Shown here piece after piece: positions 18,499-29,117 of a DNA stretch of 64,000 nt (its first letter is position 1; every line of letters starts with the position of its first letter). Position numbers and translations under genes: made by a program. Under the pieces are notes generated by a model. The model made no database searches. It was not told the origin of the DNA and saw only the letters and a program-made list of their open reading frames with translations. Source of the DNA: Betaproteobacteria bacterium (lineage in GTDB: Bacteria > Pseudomonadota > Gammaproteobacteria > Burkholderiales > JACQAP01); contig JANLTJ010000261.1 of the NCBI GenBank assembly GCA_031362885.1, positions 9,326-73,325 of the forward strand. The letters are read 5' to 3'.

Positions 18499-20040
18499 TC
18501 AATAGCTACCGTTCTTTTTCCAATCCTTGATCGCTTCGTGCAGCGCTTTTTCGTCGTCGCCGGACAACTCCTTGTCCATGCGACCGGCGAGCGCGGCATA
18601 TTTCGTCTTCAGGTAGTCACGCATGGATTTTTCCGCAGCCAGTGCCTTTTTCACGTCGATATCGTCGTAATAGCCGGTATTCACCGCGAATAGAGTCAGC
18701 GCCATTTCCCAGACTTGCAGCGGCTGATACTGCTGCTGCTTCATCAGCTCGGTCACCATACGGCCGCGCTCAAGTTGCTTGCGGGTGGATTCGTCGAGGT
18801 CGGAGGCGAACTGCGCAAATGCCGCGAGTTCGCGGTACTGCGCCAGTGCCAGACGCACACCGCCGCCGGTATCCTTGCGCTTCATGATCTTGGTCTGCGC
18901 CGCACCGCCGACGCGCGACACCGATACTCCGGCGTTGATGGCGGGGCGAATACCGGCGTTGAACAAATCGGTTTCCAGAAAGATCTGGCCGTCGGTAATC
19001 GAAATCACATTGGTGGGCACGAAAGCCGACACGTCACCGGCCTGGGTTTCGATGATCGGCAATGCGGTGAGCGAACCGGTCTTGCCTTTGACCTTGCCCT
19101 TGGTGAAGCGCTCGACCCAGGCTTCGCTGACGCGCGCCGCGCGTTCTAGCAAGCGCGAGTGCAGATAGAACACGTCGCCGGGATAGGCTTCGCGGCCCGG
19201 CGGGCGGCGCAGCAGCAGCGATACCTGGCGATAAGCCCAGGCCTGCTTGGTCAGGTCGTCATAAATAATCAGCGCATCTTGACCACGGTCGCGGAAATAC
19301 TCGCCCATGGTGCAGCCGGAATACGGTGCGATGTATTGCAGCGCTGCAGATTCGGAAGCGGTGGCGGCAACCACGATGGTGTAAGCCATGGCGCCATGCT
19401 CTTCGAGCTTGCGCACCACGTTGGCTACTGTGGAAGCTTTCTGGCCGATGGCGACATAGACACAGAAAATATCCTTGCCCTTCTGGTTGATGATGGTGTC
19501 CACTGCCACCGCAGTCTTGCCCGTCTGGCGGTCACCGATAATAAGTTCACGCTGGCCGCGGCCTACCGGCACCATGGCGTCGATGGCCTTCAGACCGGTT
19601 TGCACCGGCTGCGACACCGACTTGCGCCAGATCACGCCGGGCGCCACTTTTTCGATAACGTCGTTTTCCTTGGCGTTGACCGGGCCTTTGCCGTCGATCG
19701 GCTGACCCAGGGAGTTGACCACTCGGCCAAGCAACTCCGGCCCGACCGGGACTTCCAGAATGCGCCCGGTACTCTTCACCGGATCGCCTTCGGAAATGTG
19801 TTCGTATGCACCCAGCACCACGGCGCCGACCGAGTCGCGCTCAAGATTCAGCGCGAGACCAAAGGTGTTGCCGGGAAACTCCAGCATCTCGCCTTGCATG
19901 ACGTCGGCCAGACCGTGAATGCGGCAAATGCCGTCGGTGACGGAGACCACGGTGCCTTGCGTACGCACCTCGGATGAAGAAGCCAGATTCTGGATCTTGC
20001 TCTTGATAAGTTCGCTGATTTCGGACGGATTCAACTGCAT
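18499..20040 (-). CDS. atpA: F1 ATP synthase alpha subunit
   Basis: 513 aa. Walker [10 protein letters not shown] and conserved alpha-subunit blocks. Confidence 0.97.
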   Translation of the reverse strand: MQLNPSEISELIKSKIQNLASSSEVRTQGTVVSVTDGICRIHGLADVMQGEMLEFPGNTFGLALNLERDSVGAVVLGAYEHISEGDPVKSTGRILEVPVGPELLGRVVNSLGQPIDGKGPVNAKENDVIEKVAPGVIWRKSVSQPVQTGLKAIDAMVPVGRGQRELIIGDRQTGKTAVAVDTIINQKGKDIFCVYVAIGQKASTVANVVRKLEEHGAMAYTIVVAATASESAALQYIAPYSGCTMGEYFRDRGQDALIIYDDLTKQAWAYRQVSLLLRRPPGREAYPGDVFYLHSRLLERAARVSEAWVERFTKGKVKGKTGSLTALPIIETQAGDVSAFVPTNVISITDGQIFLETDLFNAGIRPAINAGVSVSRVGGAAQTKIMKRKDTGGGVRLALAQYRELAAFAQFASDLDESTRKQLERGRMVTELMKQQQYQPLQVWEMALTLFAVNTGYYDDIDVKKALAAEKSMRDYLKTKYAALAGRMDKELSGDDEKALHEAIKDWKKNGSY

Positions 20041-20052
20041 GGGTCAAAACTC

Positions 20053-20589
20053 CTATTTCGTGAGGGTGGCGGCCATGGTCTGCAGCCGGCCACGCACTGA
20101 AGCATCCCAGACTTTGTCACCAACCTCGACCTTGATGCCGCCGATCAACTCGGGGTTCACGGTCACGGTGGCGGTGATCTTGCGTTTGAAGCGCGCGGAC
20201 AACAGGCTAACGACTGCGTCGCGCTGCGCGTCTTCCATGGGAAAGGCGGAACTGATTTTTGCGTCGAGCTTACCTTCGTCTTCCAGCTTGAGGCGCTCGA
20301 ACATGTCGCGAATTTCGGGCAGCACGGACAATCTGCGGTTGTGCACCAGCAACTGGATCAGATTGCGCGCGACAGCGTCGATGCGCTCACCACAGATGCT
20401 CAGCAATAATTTCTCGATGTCCGCCGGCGTCACTTTGGGATTGGCCATGACCGCCTGCATTTTCGGATCGCGATAGACTCCGGCAATGAGAACCAGGGCG
20501 TCAGACCAGGCCGGCAATGCATTGGACTGCCTGCCCAGACGGAACACCGCTTCGGCATAAGGTCTGGCAATGGTGGCGAGTTCGGCCAT
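20053..20589 (-). CDS. atpH: F1 ATP synthase delta subunit
   Basis: 178 aa. TIARPYAEA.F N-terminus and its position between atpF and atpA. Confidence 0.9.
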   Translation of the reverse strand: MAELATIARPYAEAVFRLGRQSNALPAWSDALVLIAGVYRDPKMQAVMANPKVTPADIEKLLLSICGERIDAVARNLIQLLVHNRRLSVLPEIRDMFERLKLEDEGKLDAKISSAFPMEDAQRDAVVSLLSARFKRKITATVTVNPELIGGIKVEVGDKVWDASVRGRLQTMAATLTK

Positions 20590-20592
20590 GTC

Positions 20593-21066
20593 TTATCTGA
20601 ACTCGGCTTCCAGACCGGACAACAATTGCGCATGCGTCCTGGCATCGACTTCGCGCTTGAGAATTTTTTCCGCGCCGGTGATGGCAAGCAGCGCCACCTG
20701 TGTGCGCAGCGTCTCCTTGGCGCGAAAGACTTCCTGCTCGATTTCCGCTTGGGCGCCGGCGACGATGCGTTCGGCTTCCACCTTGGCGGCGATCTTGGCT
20801 TCTTCGACCACCGCCGCGCCACGCTTTTCCGCCTGCGAAATAATCTCACTGGCCTGAGCGCGGGCGCGTTGCAGCTCTTCGGCTGAACGCTTGGCGGCCA
20901 GTTCCAGATCCTGTTTGCCGCGCTCCGCTGCCGCCAGACCTTCAGCGATCTGCTTTTGTCGCTGTTCGATCGCCTTCATCATTGGAGGCCAAACAAACTT
21001 GACGGTGAACCAGATGAAGATCGCGAAAGCGACCGCCTGGGAAATCATGGTTAAACCGAGATTCAC
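20593..21066 (-). CDS. atpF: F0 ATP synthase subunit b
   Basis: 157 aa. A single N-terminal TM helix followed by a long charged A/E/K/R helix. Confidence 0.9.
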   Translation of the reverse strand: MNLGLTMISQAVAFAIFIWFTVKFVWPPMMKAIEQRQKQIAEGLAAAERGKQDLELAAKRSAEELQRARAQASEIISQAEKRGAAVVEEAKIAAKVEAERIVAGAQAEIEQEVFRAKETLRTQVALLAITGAEKILKREVDARTHAQLLSGLEAEFR

Positions 21067-21103
21067 GCTCGTCTCCTAAAGACTGTGGTCGCGAAATCCG
21101 CGT

Positions 21104-21382
<279 letters not shown>

Positions 21383-21418
21383 CTACCTTCCTTTTCTAAA
21401 TTAAAGTGGATGACGAGA

Positions 21419-22228
21419 TCAGTGGCTTTCATGCGCCATCGAGAGATAAACGACGGTCAGCATCATGAAAATGAATGCCTGCAATACAACAATCAATATA
21501 TGGAAAATTGCCCAGCCAGCGCCCAGAACCGCGCCGAATACCGCGCCTATGATTCCGGTTGCTGCCCACATACCCAGAAGCAGGAAAATAATCTCGCCAG
21601 CATAAATGTTGCCGTATAGCCGCAGGGAGTGGGATAGCGGTTTGGAGATGTACTCAACGAGGTTGAACAGGAAATTCGCGGGCCAGAGCAGTATGTGGTT
21701 GCCAAACGGCGTACCGAACAACTCATGGATCCAGCCACCGAATCCCTTGACCGCAATGCTGAAATAGATCATTAACAACCAGACCGATAACGCGAGTGCA
21801 AATGTCGTATTGATATCGGCTGTAGGCACGCCGCGCCAGTTGTGAAGGTGCAGGACGTTTTTATAGAACCAGGCCATGATATCCACGGGCAGAAAATCCA
21901 TGGAATTCATTACGAGTACCCAGACAAACACCGTCAGGGCTGCCGGTGAAATAAACTTGTGGCGATCGCCGTGAAATATTCCTTTGACCTGTTCGTCAAC
22001 AAATTCGACTGCAAGCTCGACAAAGGCTTGCCGCTTGCCTGGAATGCCCGCGGTTGCACCGCGAACCACCCACCACAACAAGCCGATGCTAACCACTCCA
22101 AGCAGCACCGACATCACCAGGGTATCAACGTGCAGAACCCAGAACTGGCCTTCGCCCATCGACGAAGTCATGTTCGTCAAGTGGTGCGATATATATGCTG
22201 TGGGGGTCAGTTCGTTTTCGGCAACCAT
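21419..22228 (-). CDS. atpB: F0 ATP synthase subunit a
   Basis: 269 aa. LSLRL(Y)GN..AGE motif ([15 protein letters not shown]) with the essential Arg. Confidence 0.95.
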   Translation of the reverse strand: MVAENELTPTAYISHHLTNMTSSMGEGQFWVLHVDTLVMSVLLGVVSIGLLWWVVRGATAGIPGKRQAFVELAVEFVDEQVKGIFHGDRHKFISPAALTVFVWVLVMNSMDFLPVDIMAWFYKNVLHLHNWRGVPTADINTTFALALSVWLLMIYFSIAVKGFGGWIHELFGTPFGNHILLWPANFLFNLVEYISKPLSHSLRLYGNIYAGEIIFLLLGMWAATGIIGAVFGAVLGAGWAIFHILIVVLQAFIFMMLTVVYLSMAHESH

Positions 22229-22243
22229 CGTTTTGCACTTGCT

Positions 22244-22612
22244 CTATACGTCACGTACAAAAAACGCCATCGAGAACACCAGGATCGAAACAATAAACGA
22301 TCCAATAAACACGATGAGCACCACTTCCTTATAAAGCGCGAGTACCAGCCAAAGCAGAAGTACCGCAAGTCCGATTTTTAGTGCTTCGGCCCGCAAGGCC
22401 GAAACAATGGCTGCGTCGGCGGATTTCGTGCTACCTGACTGCATCGCGATCGCGAAGGCCAGTCCGGCAACGACACTTACTGCCCCGCCGAGAGCCGCGG
22501 ATACTGCTTCGTGAGTACCCGCAAACGTTACAGCGGTAACCGCCAGGAACATCGTCACGACAACCTGCCAGACCAGAACAGTACGTACTGGCTTGCTCCG
22601 AATGTGCAACAT
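22244..22612 (-). CDS. atpI: ATP synthase protein I
   Basis: 122 aa small hydrophobic protein immediately upstream of atpB. Confidence 0.75.
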   Translation of the reverse strand: MLHIRSKPVRTVLVWQVVVTMFLAVTAVTFAGTHEAVSAALGGAVSVVAGLAFAIAMQSGSTKSADAAIVSALRAEALKIGLAVLLLWLVLALYKEVVLIVFIGSFIVSILVFSMAFFVRDV

Positions 22613-22645
22613 GCTTTAGATATACACGGTCGAGCAAACTTTCAG

Positions 22646-22675
22646 ATTGTAATTGCTTTGACGATTTAGCGTCAA
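22646..22675 (-). promoter_or_regulatory. sigma70-like promoter for the atp operon: TTGACG - 18 nt - TACAAT
   Basis: On the reverse strand, -35 is TTGACG (22675-22670) and -10 is TACAAT (22651-22646), about 35 nt upstream of the atpI ATG. Confidence 0.35.
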
Positions 22676-22704
22676 CGCCTCAAGCGCAATTTTGGGAAGG
22701 ATTC

Positions 22705-23559
22705 TCAATTTCGCAATTTTTGGAGCACGATCTCCAGTTGATCCAGACTTGCATAGTTGATGGTCAATTTGCCTCGACCACCCCGCGCTGTGTTGACGCT
22801 AACTGATGTACCAAGGATGTTGGACAATTCCTCTTCCAGCGCCTGAACATCGCGGTCTTTTCTGGGTTGTTTGCGGAAGGTCTTTTGCGAGGTCACATCG
22901 GCCTGACTCACTAATAGCTCAACTTCCCGCACGGATAGCCTACGGCTCACGATCTGGTACGCAAGATCGGCCTGGCGCGGACCACTGACCGACAAGAGAG
23001 CGCGGGCGTGGCCCATTTCGAGTTTCCCTTGCATCAGCAAGTCCTGCACGGCCTTGGACAGATTAAGCAGGCGCAGCAAATTGGTCACCGCGCTGCGCGA
23101 GCGGCCGACTGCCTGGGCTGCAACATCATGCGTCATATCAAATTCGTCGATCAGACGCTGAATGCCAGTGGCCTCTTCGAGCGGGTTCAGATCTTCGCGC
23201 TGGATGTTTTCGATCAGCGCCATGGCCAACGCGGACTTGTCCGGCACGTTGCGAACAACCACCGGAACCAGGCTCAGTCCAGCCAGTTGCGAGGCGCGCC
23301 AGCGGCGTTCTCCGGCAATGATTTCGTATTTTCCGTTCTCGACCGGGCGCACCAGTATCGGCTGAATCAGTCCCTGAGCCCGGATCGAATCCGCCAGTTC
23401 CGCGATCGATTGCGGATCCATGCGGGTGCGCGGTTGAAAGCGACCCGGCTTGAGCAAAGTAACCGACAATTCGGTCGGCGTATCGTTGGGCTTCTCTCCA
23501 TCGCCGGACAGCAAGGCATCGAGGCCACGGCCCAGTCCTTTTAGTTTTGCCATATTCAT
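22705..23559 (-). CDS. parB: chromosome partitioning protein ParB (Spo0J)
   Basis: 284 aa. GLGRGLDALL, the NPR/QPR box and IIAGERRWRASQLAG (the CTP-binding ParB/Srx motif), plus an HTH. Confidence 0.95.
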   Translation of the reverse strand: MNMAKLKGLGRGLDALLSGDGEKPNDTPTELSVTLLKPGRFQPRTRMDPQSIAELADSIRAQGLIQPILVRPVENGKYEIIAGERRWRASQLAGLSLVPVVVRNVPDKSALAMALIENIQREDLNPLEEATGIQRLIDEFDMTHDVAAQAVGRSRSAVTNLLRLLNLSKAVQDLLMQGKLEMGHARALLSVSGPRQADLAYQIVSRRLSVREVELLVSQADVTSQKTFRKQPRKDRDVQALEEELSNILGTSVSVNTARGGRGKLTINYASLDQLEIVLQKLRN

Positions 23560-23565
23560 TCTTTC

Positions 23566-24330
23566 TTAAGCGCGCTTGTCGAGCATTTCGCCAGCCAGCG
23601 CCAGATAAGCCAAGGCACCCTTCGACTGCCCGTCGAATCTGAGCACTGGAAGCCCATGACTCGGCGCTTCGGCAAGGCGAACATTCCGGGGAATTACGGT
23701 GCGATAGACTTTATCGCCAAAGTGTTGTTGCAACTGATCGGAAACTTGCTGCGCGAGCATGTTGCGCGGGTCATACATGGTGCGCAGCAAACCCTCGATT
23801 TCGAGCTGGGGATTCAGGTTAAGACGAACTTTTTTGATGGTTTGCACCAGATCGCTTAAGCCTTCCAGGGCGTAGTACTCGCATTGCATGGGAATCATCA
23901 CCGCGTTGGCGGCACACAGGCCGTTCACTGTCAGTAGATTCAACGCAGGGGGACAGTCGATCAGTACGTAATCGTATTGATCGGCTATTTCTTCCAACGC
24001 TGTTTTCAGTCTCGATTCGCGTTTGGGCAGATCAACCATTTCGACTTCGGCGCCGGCGAGTTCGCGATTGGCGGGTATCACGTCGAATCCGCCGCTCTCG
24101 CTTCTAAGCCGTACCGCCGACAAAACCGCCTCGCCCAGTAACACTTGATACACCGTTGCCTTGAGTGCACGTTTATCGATGCCGCTGCCCATGGTGGCGT
24201 TGCCTTGGGGGTCGAGATCTATAAGCAGTACTCGACTCCCGGAGGCCGCTAGACTGGCCGCCAGGTTGATGCTGGTGGTTGTCTTGCCTACACCGCCTTT
24301 CTGGTTGGTGATTGCGAGTACCCGTGGCAT
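23566..24330 (-). CDS. parA: chromosome partitioning ATPase ParA (Soj)
   Basis: 254 aa with the deviant Walker A NQKGGVGKTTT. Confidence 0.95.
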   Translation of the reverse strand: MPRVLAITNQKGGVGKTTTSINLAASLAASGSRVLLIDLDPQGNATMGSGIDKRALKATVYQVLLGEAVLSAVRLRSESGGFDVIPANRELAGAEVEMVDLPKRESRLKTALEEIADQYDYVLIDCPPALNLLTVNGLCAANAVMIPMQCEYYALEGLSDLVQTIKKVRLNLNPQLEIEGLLRTMYDPRNMLAQQVSDQLQQHFGDKVYRTVIPRNVRLAEAPSHGLPVLRFDGQSKGALAYLALAGEMLDKRA

Positions 24331-24336
24331 GTGTGG

Positions 24337-24981
24337 TTAACCGACAGTTGTGTTTGGGGACGGGCGCATAAATATGAGGTGACGCGAGGCTTCGAGCTGC
24401 GGCACATCCAGGCGCAGCGTTCGCGTCACCGTCCACGCAGACGGTAACTGCGCCAGTTCCTCGTGCGGATGCAAGCCTTTCATCGCAATCATCACTCCGT
24501 CGCGTGCGCGCAAATGTCCACCCAGTTTTACGAATTCCGTCAGGTCCGAGAATGCCCGGGAGATAACCGTCTTGAACAATTCAGCTGGCTGAAACGTTTC
24601 GGCTCTCGCCATGACAACCTGGGTGCGTGCCAAACCAAGTTCGGCAACCGCCTGTTTCAAGAAAGCGCCCTTCTTGTGGTTGGAATCGAGCAGCGTCAAT
24701 GCGCGGTCGGGACAAGATATCGCGATTGGTATGCCGGGCAGCCCGGCACCACAACCTACATCGACCAGGTTACCCTCCGGCAGGTGAGCCACGACCGCAA
24801 GACTGTCGAGCACATGATGGCTCACGAGTTTTGCCTCGTCCCGGATCGCCGTCAGGTTATACACCCGGTTCCACTTGACCAGGAGCGCCAGATATCCCGT
24901 GAGTTGATCCATTGCCGCTGCGGGTAACGTCAATCCCATTGCGGCCACACCTTGCCGCAGCAATGTCGCGATCTGGCTCAT
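24337..24981 (-). CDS. rsmG: 16S rRNA m7G527 methyltransferase RsmG (GidB)
   Basis: 214 aa. SAM motif [12 protein letters not shown], and a 4-nt overlap with mnmG. Confidence 0.9.
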   Translation of the reverse strand: MSQIATLLRQGVAAMGLTLPAAAMDQLTGYLALLVKWNRVYNLTAIRDEAKLVSHHVLDSLAVVAHLPEGNLVDVGCGAGLPGIPIAISCPDRALTLLDSNHKKGAFLKQAVAELGLARTQVVMARAETFQPAELFKTVISRAFSDLTEFVKLGGHLRARDGVMIAMKGLHPHEELAQLPSAWTVTRTLRLDVPQLEASRHLIFMRPSPNTTVG

Positions 24982-26906
24982 TGCGCCCGTTCGGCGGTGC
25001 GTTGGCTGGTACGCTTTTCATCGATACCCGAAGCGACGAAACCTCGCTTCAAATGAACCAGAAGAAGTGAGATGGCGGCAGGCGTAACGCCCGATATCCG
25101 TGCCGCCTGACCAAGAGTCTCCGGGCGCTGTTTGTTGAGTTTCTGCTGTACTTCTATGGACAGGCCGCGCACCGACCGGTAATCAAGATGCTCCGGCAGA
25201 CGGGTGGTTTCATACTGTTTCTGGCGACTGACCTCATCGCGCTGGCGCTCGATGTAGCCCTGATATTTGATTTGAATTTCGACTTGTTCGGCCGCCTGTG
25301 GGTCAGACAAACAAACACCGGCGCCGGGCAAAGTAAGCAGATCATCGTAGTGCAGTCCAGGCCAGCGCAACAATTCTTCGAAGGTGTAATCGCGTTCAAG
25401 TGGCTGGCCAAATCGGGCCTGCATATCAGCGTCCGACAGCAGCCGGGTATTGAGCCAGGTTGATTTAAGGCGCGCGCGTTCCAACTCGACGGCTTCGTGT
25501 TTTTTCTCAAAAGCCTCCCAGCGCAGATCATCAACCAGGCCCAGTTTTCGGCCGATTGCGGTCAGTCGCATATCCGCATTATCTTCGCGCAGGCTCAGAC
25601 GATACTCCGCGCGACTCGTAAACATGCGGTACGGCTCGGTCACGCCGCGGGTAATGAGATCGTCCACCAGCACGCCGAGATAGGCTTCATCGCGACGCGG
25701 ACACCAGGCGTCTTTTTCCTGTACGCGCAAGGCTGCATTCAAGCCCGCGAGCAGGCCTTGTGCCGCCGCTTCTTCGTATCCGGTGGTGCCATTGATCTGC
25801 CCGGCGAAGAACAAACCGGCTATGGCTTTGGTTTCAAGCGACGCCTTGAGGCCCTGCGGGTCGAAATAGTCGTATTCGATAGCGTAACCGGGTCGCGTCA
25901 AATGGGCATCCTTCAAACCATTGATCGAATGAACTAATTCGACTTGAATGTCAAACGGCAAGCTGGTCGAAATACCGTTCGGGTAGACCTCGTGAGTGGT
26001 CAATCCTTCAGGCTCCAGAAATATCTGGTGCGCTGCCTTGTCCGCAAAGCGCGTGATCTTATCTTCAATGGAGGGACAATAGCGCGGGCCAATGCCTTCA
26101 ATCACCCCGGTGAACATCGGTGATCGATCAAGACCGCCGCGGATAATCTCGTGGGTACGTTCATTGGTGTGGGTTATCCAGCACGGTAACTGCGCTGGAT
26201 GCTGGTTTACCGATCCGAGAAAAGAAAATACCGGCACTGGATCATCACCTGACTGCCGGGTCATGACCGAATAATCGATGGTGCGACCATCGATACGTGG
26301 CGGAGTCCCAGTCTTCAGCCGACCCACAGGCAAGTCTAGCTCGCGCAATCGGCGGGCCAGACGGATCGCTGGCGGGTCGCCGGCGCGCCCCGCTTGATAG
26401 TTCTTCAGCCCGACGTGGACCAGACCGGAGAGAAAAGTACCGGTCGTCAATACTACAGCCGGTGCGTTGAAGTGAATGCCCAGCTCGGTGACAACTCCGG
26501 TGATTCTGCCGTGCTCTAACTGGATATCGTCTACAGCTTGTTGAAAAATCGTCAGATTCTTCTGATTTTCAAGGCGTTGTCGAATGGCCTGCCGGTAAAG
26601 TATACGATCGGCTTGGGCACGGGTCGCGCGCACTGCAGGGCCTTTGCTGGAATTCAGAATCCGAAACTGAATTCCCGCGAGGTCAGTAGCTGCTGCGATT
26701 GCTCCACCAAGTGCATCTATTTCTTTGACTAAATGACCCTTCCCGATTCCCCCGATTGAAGGATTGCAGGACATCTGACCAAGTGTTTCGACATTGTGGG
26801 TGAGCAGCAATGTACGCCGACCCATGCGTGCCGCTGCGAGCGCGGCTTCCGTACCGGCATGACCGCCGCCAACTACGATAACTTCAAAAGAGTGGGAGTT
26901 TTGCAT
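24978..26906 (-). CDS. mnmG: tRNA uridine-5-carboxymethylaminomethyl synthesis enzyme MnmG (GidA)
   Basis: 642 aa. FAD fold [14 protein letters not shown], and conserved throughout. Confidence 0.97.
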   Translation of the reverse strand: MQNSHSFEVIVVGGGHAGTEAALAAARMGRRTLLLTHNVETLGQMSCNPSIGGIGKGHLVKEIDALGGAIAAATDLAGIQFRILNSSKGPAVRATRAQADRILYRQAIRQRLENQKNLTIFQQAVDDIQLEHGRITGVVTELGIHFNAPAVVLTTGTFLSGLVHVGLKNYQAGRAGDPPAIRLARRLRELDLPVGRLKTGTPPRIDGRTIDYSVMTRQSGDDPVPVFSFLGSVNQHPAQLPCWITHTNERTHEIIRGGLDRSPMFTGVIEGIGPRYCPSIEDKITRFADKAAHQIFLEPEGLTTHEVYPNGISTSLPFDIQVELVHSINGLKDAHLTRPGYAIEYDYFDPQGLKASLETKAIAGLFFAGQINGTTGYEEAAAQGLLAGLNAALRVQEKDAWCPRRDEAYLGVLVDDLITRGVTEPYRMFTSRAEYRLSLREDNADMRLTAIGRKLGLVDDLRWEAFEKKHEAVELERARLKSTWLNTRLLSDADMQARFGQPLERDYTFEELLRWPGLHYDDLLTLPGAGVCLSDPQAAEQVEIQIKYQGYIERQRDEVSRQKQYETTRLPEHLDYRSVRGLSIEVQQKLNKQRPETLGQAARISGVTPAAISLLLVHLKRGFVASGIDEKRTSQRTAERAQ

Positions 26907-26959
26907 GGCTGATTTCCGGGAGGGCGAATCATACCGGAAAGGTGTTGTGCATCAACAAT

Positions 26960-26975
26960 GGTTTCACGTGAAACA
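26960..26975. other. parS centromere-like site 1 (GGTTTCACGTGAAACA, 15/16 to TGTTTCACGTGAAACA)
   Basis: The 14-bp core GTTTCACGTGAAAC (26961-26974) is a perfect palindrome. It lies in the mnmG / TauE intergenic region, about 3.4 kb from parB. Confidence 0.8.
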
Positions 26976-26985
26976 TTCCGATCGG

Positions 26986-27001
26986 TGTTTCACGTGGAAC
27001 A
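26986..27001. other. parS centromere-like site 2 (TGTTTCACGTGGAACA, 15/16)
   Basis: One mismatch to the canonical parS. It begins 10 bp after site 1 ends. Confidence 0.75.
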
Positions 27002-27008
27002 CTAGTAA

Positions 27009-27773
27009 TCAAAAAGATTTCATCAGATCTATCAGAACCTTGGATATTAGTGCGACTACGACCACCAAAAACACCGGACGAATAAGGCGATTGCCACCGC
27101 GAACAGCAAAATGGGCACCGAGAAATCCACCGGCGATATTGCATATCGCCATGGGTAAGGCAACAGCGTAAAGCACATTTCCAGTGGCCATGAATAAGGC
27201 AAGGCTGCCGAAGTTACTGGCGAGATTCAATACTTTGGTATTGGCTGCTGCATTCAGGAAGTCATATCCGAATAACCTTACCAACGCGAACATCATCAAG
27301 CTGCCCGCACCAGGGCCCAAAAATCCATCATAAAACCCGAGTACCGCTGCCATAACATAAAAGCTTACGCTCCCGGGTCGCCAGACCGGGCTCGCTCCAG
27401 GTTCATTGCCCAGTTTCGGACGCAATAGAGTGTAAGCGGCTACCACGATCAGCAAGATCAATATGACCGGCCTCAGAATCGCCGGGTCCATATGGGTAAC
27501 GGTGCTGGCGCCAGCCAGCGCTCCTATCCCGGCAACGCTGGAGGCCGGTAGTACTACGCGCCATTGAATCGGGACCGACCAACCATAGCGCAGCGTTGCG
27601 ATCAGGGTTCCCCCGATAGCACAAAGTTTGTTTGTGCCAATGAGCAGCGGTGGTGGCAAAGTGGGAAAGAACGCAAACAACGCCGGAAGTTGAATCAATC
27701 CTCCGCCCCCGGCCACTGCGTCCACCAATCCAGCCAGAAAAGCGAGCAGGCACAGGGCGACGACTTCACTCAT
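27009..27773 (-). CDS. TauE/SafE family (DUF81) membrane protein, second paralogue
   Basis: 254 aa polytopic protein with AVAGGGGLIQLP and GFLGPGAGS motifs. Confidence 0.8.
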   Translation of the reverse strand: MSEVVALCLLAFLAGLVDAVAGGGGLIQLPALFAFFPTLPPPLLIGTNKLCAIGGTLIATLRYGWSVPIQWRVVLPASSVAGIGALAGASTVTHMDPAILRPVILILLIVVAAYTLLRPKLGNEPGASPVWRPGSVSFYVMAAVLGFYDGFLGPGAGSLMMFALVRLFGYDFLNAAANTKVLNLASNFGSLALFMATGNVLYAVALPMAICNIAGGFLGAHFAVRGGNRLIRPVFLVVVVALISKVLIDLMKSF

Positions 27774-27776
27774 GCA

Positions 27777-29117
27777 TTATTTGCCGATACAGAAGCGCGA
27801 AAAGATTTCACCGAGCAAATCATCCGCGCTGAACTCGCCTACGATGCTCCCCAGGGCCTGCTGCGCCAAGCGTAACTCTTCCGCCATTATTTCCAGTGAA
27901 TTCAGCGCATTGTTTGCCTGGAGCAGTGCAGTTTGCGCCCTGCGTAGTGCTTGCAGATGACGTTCCCGGGCAATAAATACGCCCTCGCCAGTAGGTTGCC
28001 AGCCGATGTTGCGCAATACGGCACCACGCAACAATTCCAGCCCAGCGCCAGTTTTTGCGGACACATGGACTTCCGTAGCGGTTACTCCCTGGCACTCTCG
28101 CGGCTGGCCATTAAGTCTATCTATCTTATTGAAAATTAATATTTTATTTAGCTTGTCAGGCAAGTCGCACAGAATCTTGGTATCGCTCTCCGTGACGCCC
28201 TCGGTTGCGTCAACGATCAGAAGCGCCAAGTCCGCCTGGTTTATTTCGCGCCATGCTCGTTGAATGCCGATTTTCTCCACTTGATCCGTGGAATCCCGCA
28301 GCCCGGCGGTGTCGACCAAGTGTATGGGTATACCCTCAATGCTCAGTTCATGGCGCAAGGGATCGCGCGTTGTTCCGGGGACCTCAGTGACGATTGCAAT
28401 TTCTTCCTCAGCCAGGCGATTCAACAAACTCGACTTCCCGACATTTGGCTGGCCAATTAAAACCACTTTGGCACCGTCGCGCAAAATTCTGCCCTGTTGC
28501 GCTTCGACCAGCAGATTCTTTACACCGGAGACCAGATGATGAAGTTTTTGCATCGAGCCGCTGCGCTGAAGGAATTCAATCTCCTCTTCCGGAAAGTCCA
28601 GTGTCGCCTCTACACCCGTTCGCAGTTCAATCAGTGTGGCGTTTAGTTCGTGGACCCGAGCCGAAAACACCCCGGCCAGCGAACGCATCGCACCACGGGC
28701 CGCGGCTTCGGAACTCGCGTCGATCAGATCGGCAACGCTCTCCGCCTGAGCCAGGTCGAGTTTGTCATTCAGGAAAGCGCGTTGAGTGAATTCGCCCGGT
28801 AGCGCCGCACGCGCTCCAAGATCAAGACATCTCCTCAGAACCAGACCCAGAACCGCCTGCCCCCCGTGTCCTTGCAGCTCGAGCACGTCTTCGCCGGTAT
28901 AGGAATGCGGTGCCTCGTACAGAACGGCAATTCCCTGGTCCAGAATCGCGTTCATTGCCCCGGTAAAATTACACAAGGTCGCGGTTCGTGCGGCCAATGA
29001 CCGGCCCAAAATCGCGGTGGCTATGCTGCGCACTTCGGGCCCTGATACGCGCACCACACCGATTCCCGCTCGCCCGGGTGCCGTGGCTATAGCGGCAATG
29101 GTGTCAGCGTTTTGCAT
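27777..29117 (-). CDS. mnmE: tRNA modification GTPase MnmE (TrmE)
   Basis: Track ORF 27777..29168. Internal ATG 29117 (MQNADTIAAIATAPG) gives 446 aa. G1 motif GQPNVGKSSLLN and C-terminal FCIGK. Confidence 0.95.
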   Translation of the reverse strand: MQNADTIAAIATAPGRAGIGVVRVSGPEVRSIATAILGRSLAARTATLCNFTGAMNAILDQGIAVLYEAPHSYTGEDVLELQGHGGQAVLGLVLRRCLDLGARAALPGEFTQRAFLNDKLDLAQAESVADLIDASSEAAARGAMRSLAGVFSARVHELNATLIELRTGVEATLDFPEEEIEFLQRSGSMQKLHHLVSGVKNLLVEAQQGRILRDGAKVVLIGQPNVGKSSLLNRLAEEEIAIVTEVPGTTRDPLRHELSIEGIPIHLVDTAGLRDSTDQVEKIGIQRAWREINQADLALLIVDATEGVTESDTKILCDLPDKLNKILIFNKIDRLNGQPRECQGVTATEVHVSAKTGAGLELLRGAVLRNIGWQPTGEGVFIARERHLQALRRAQTALLQANNALNSLEIMAEELRLAQQALGSIVGEFSADDLLGEIFSRFCIGK

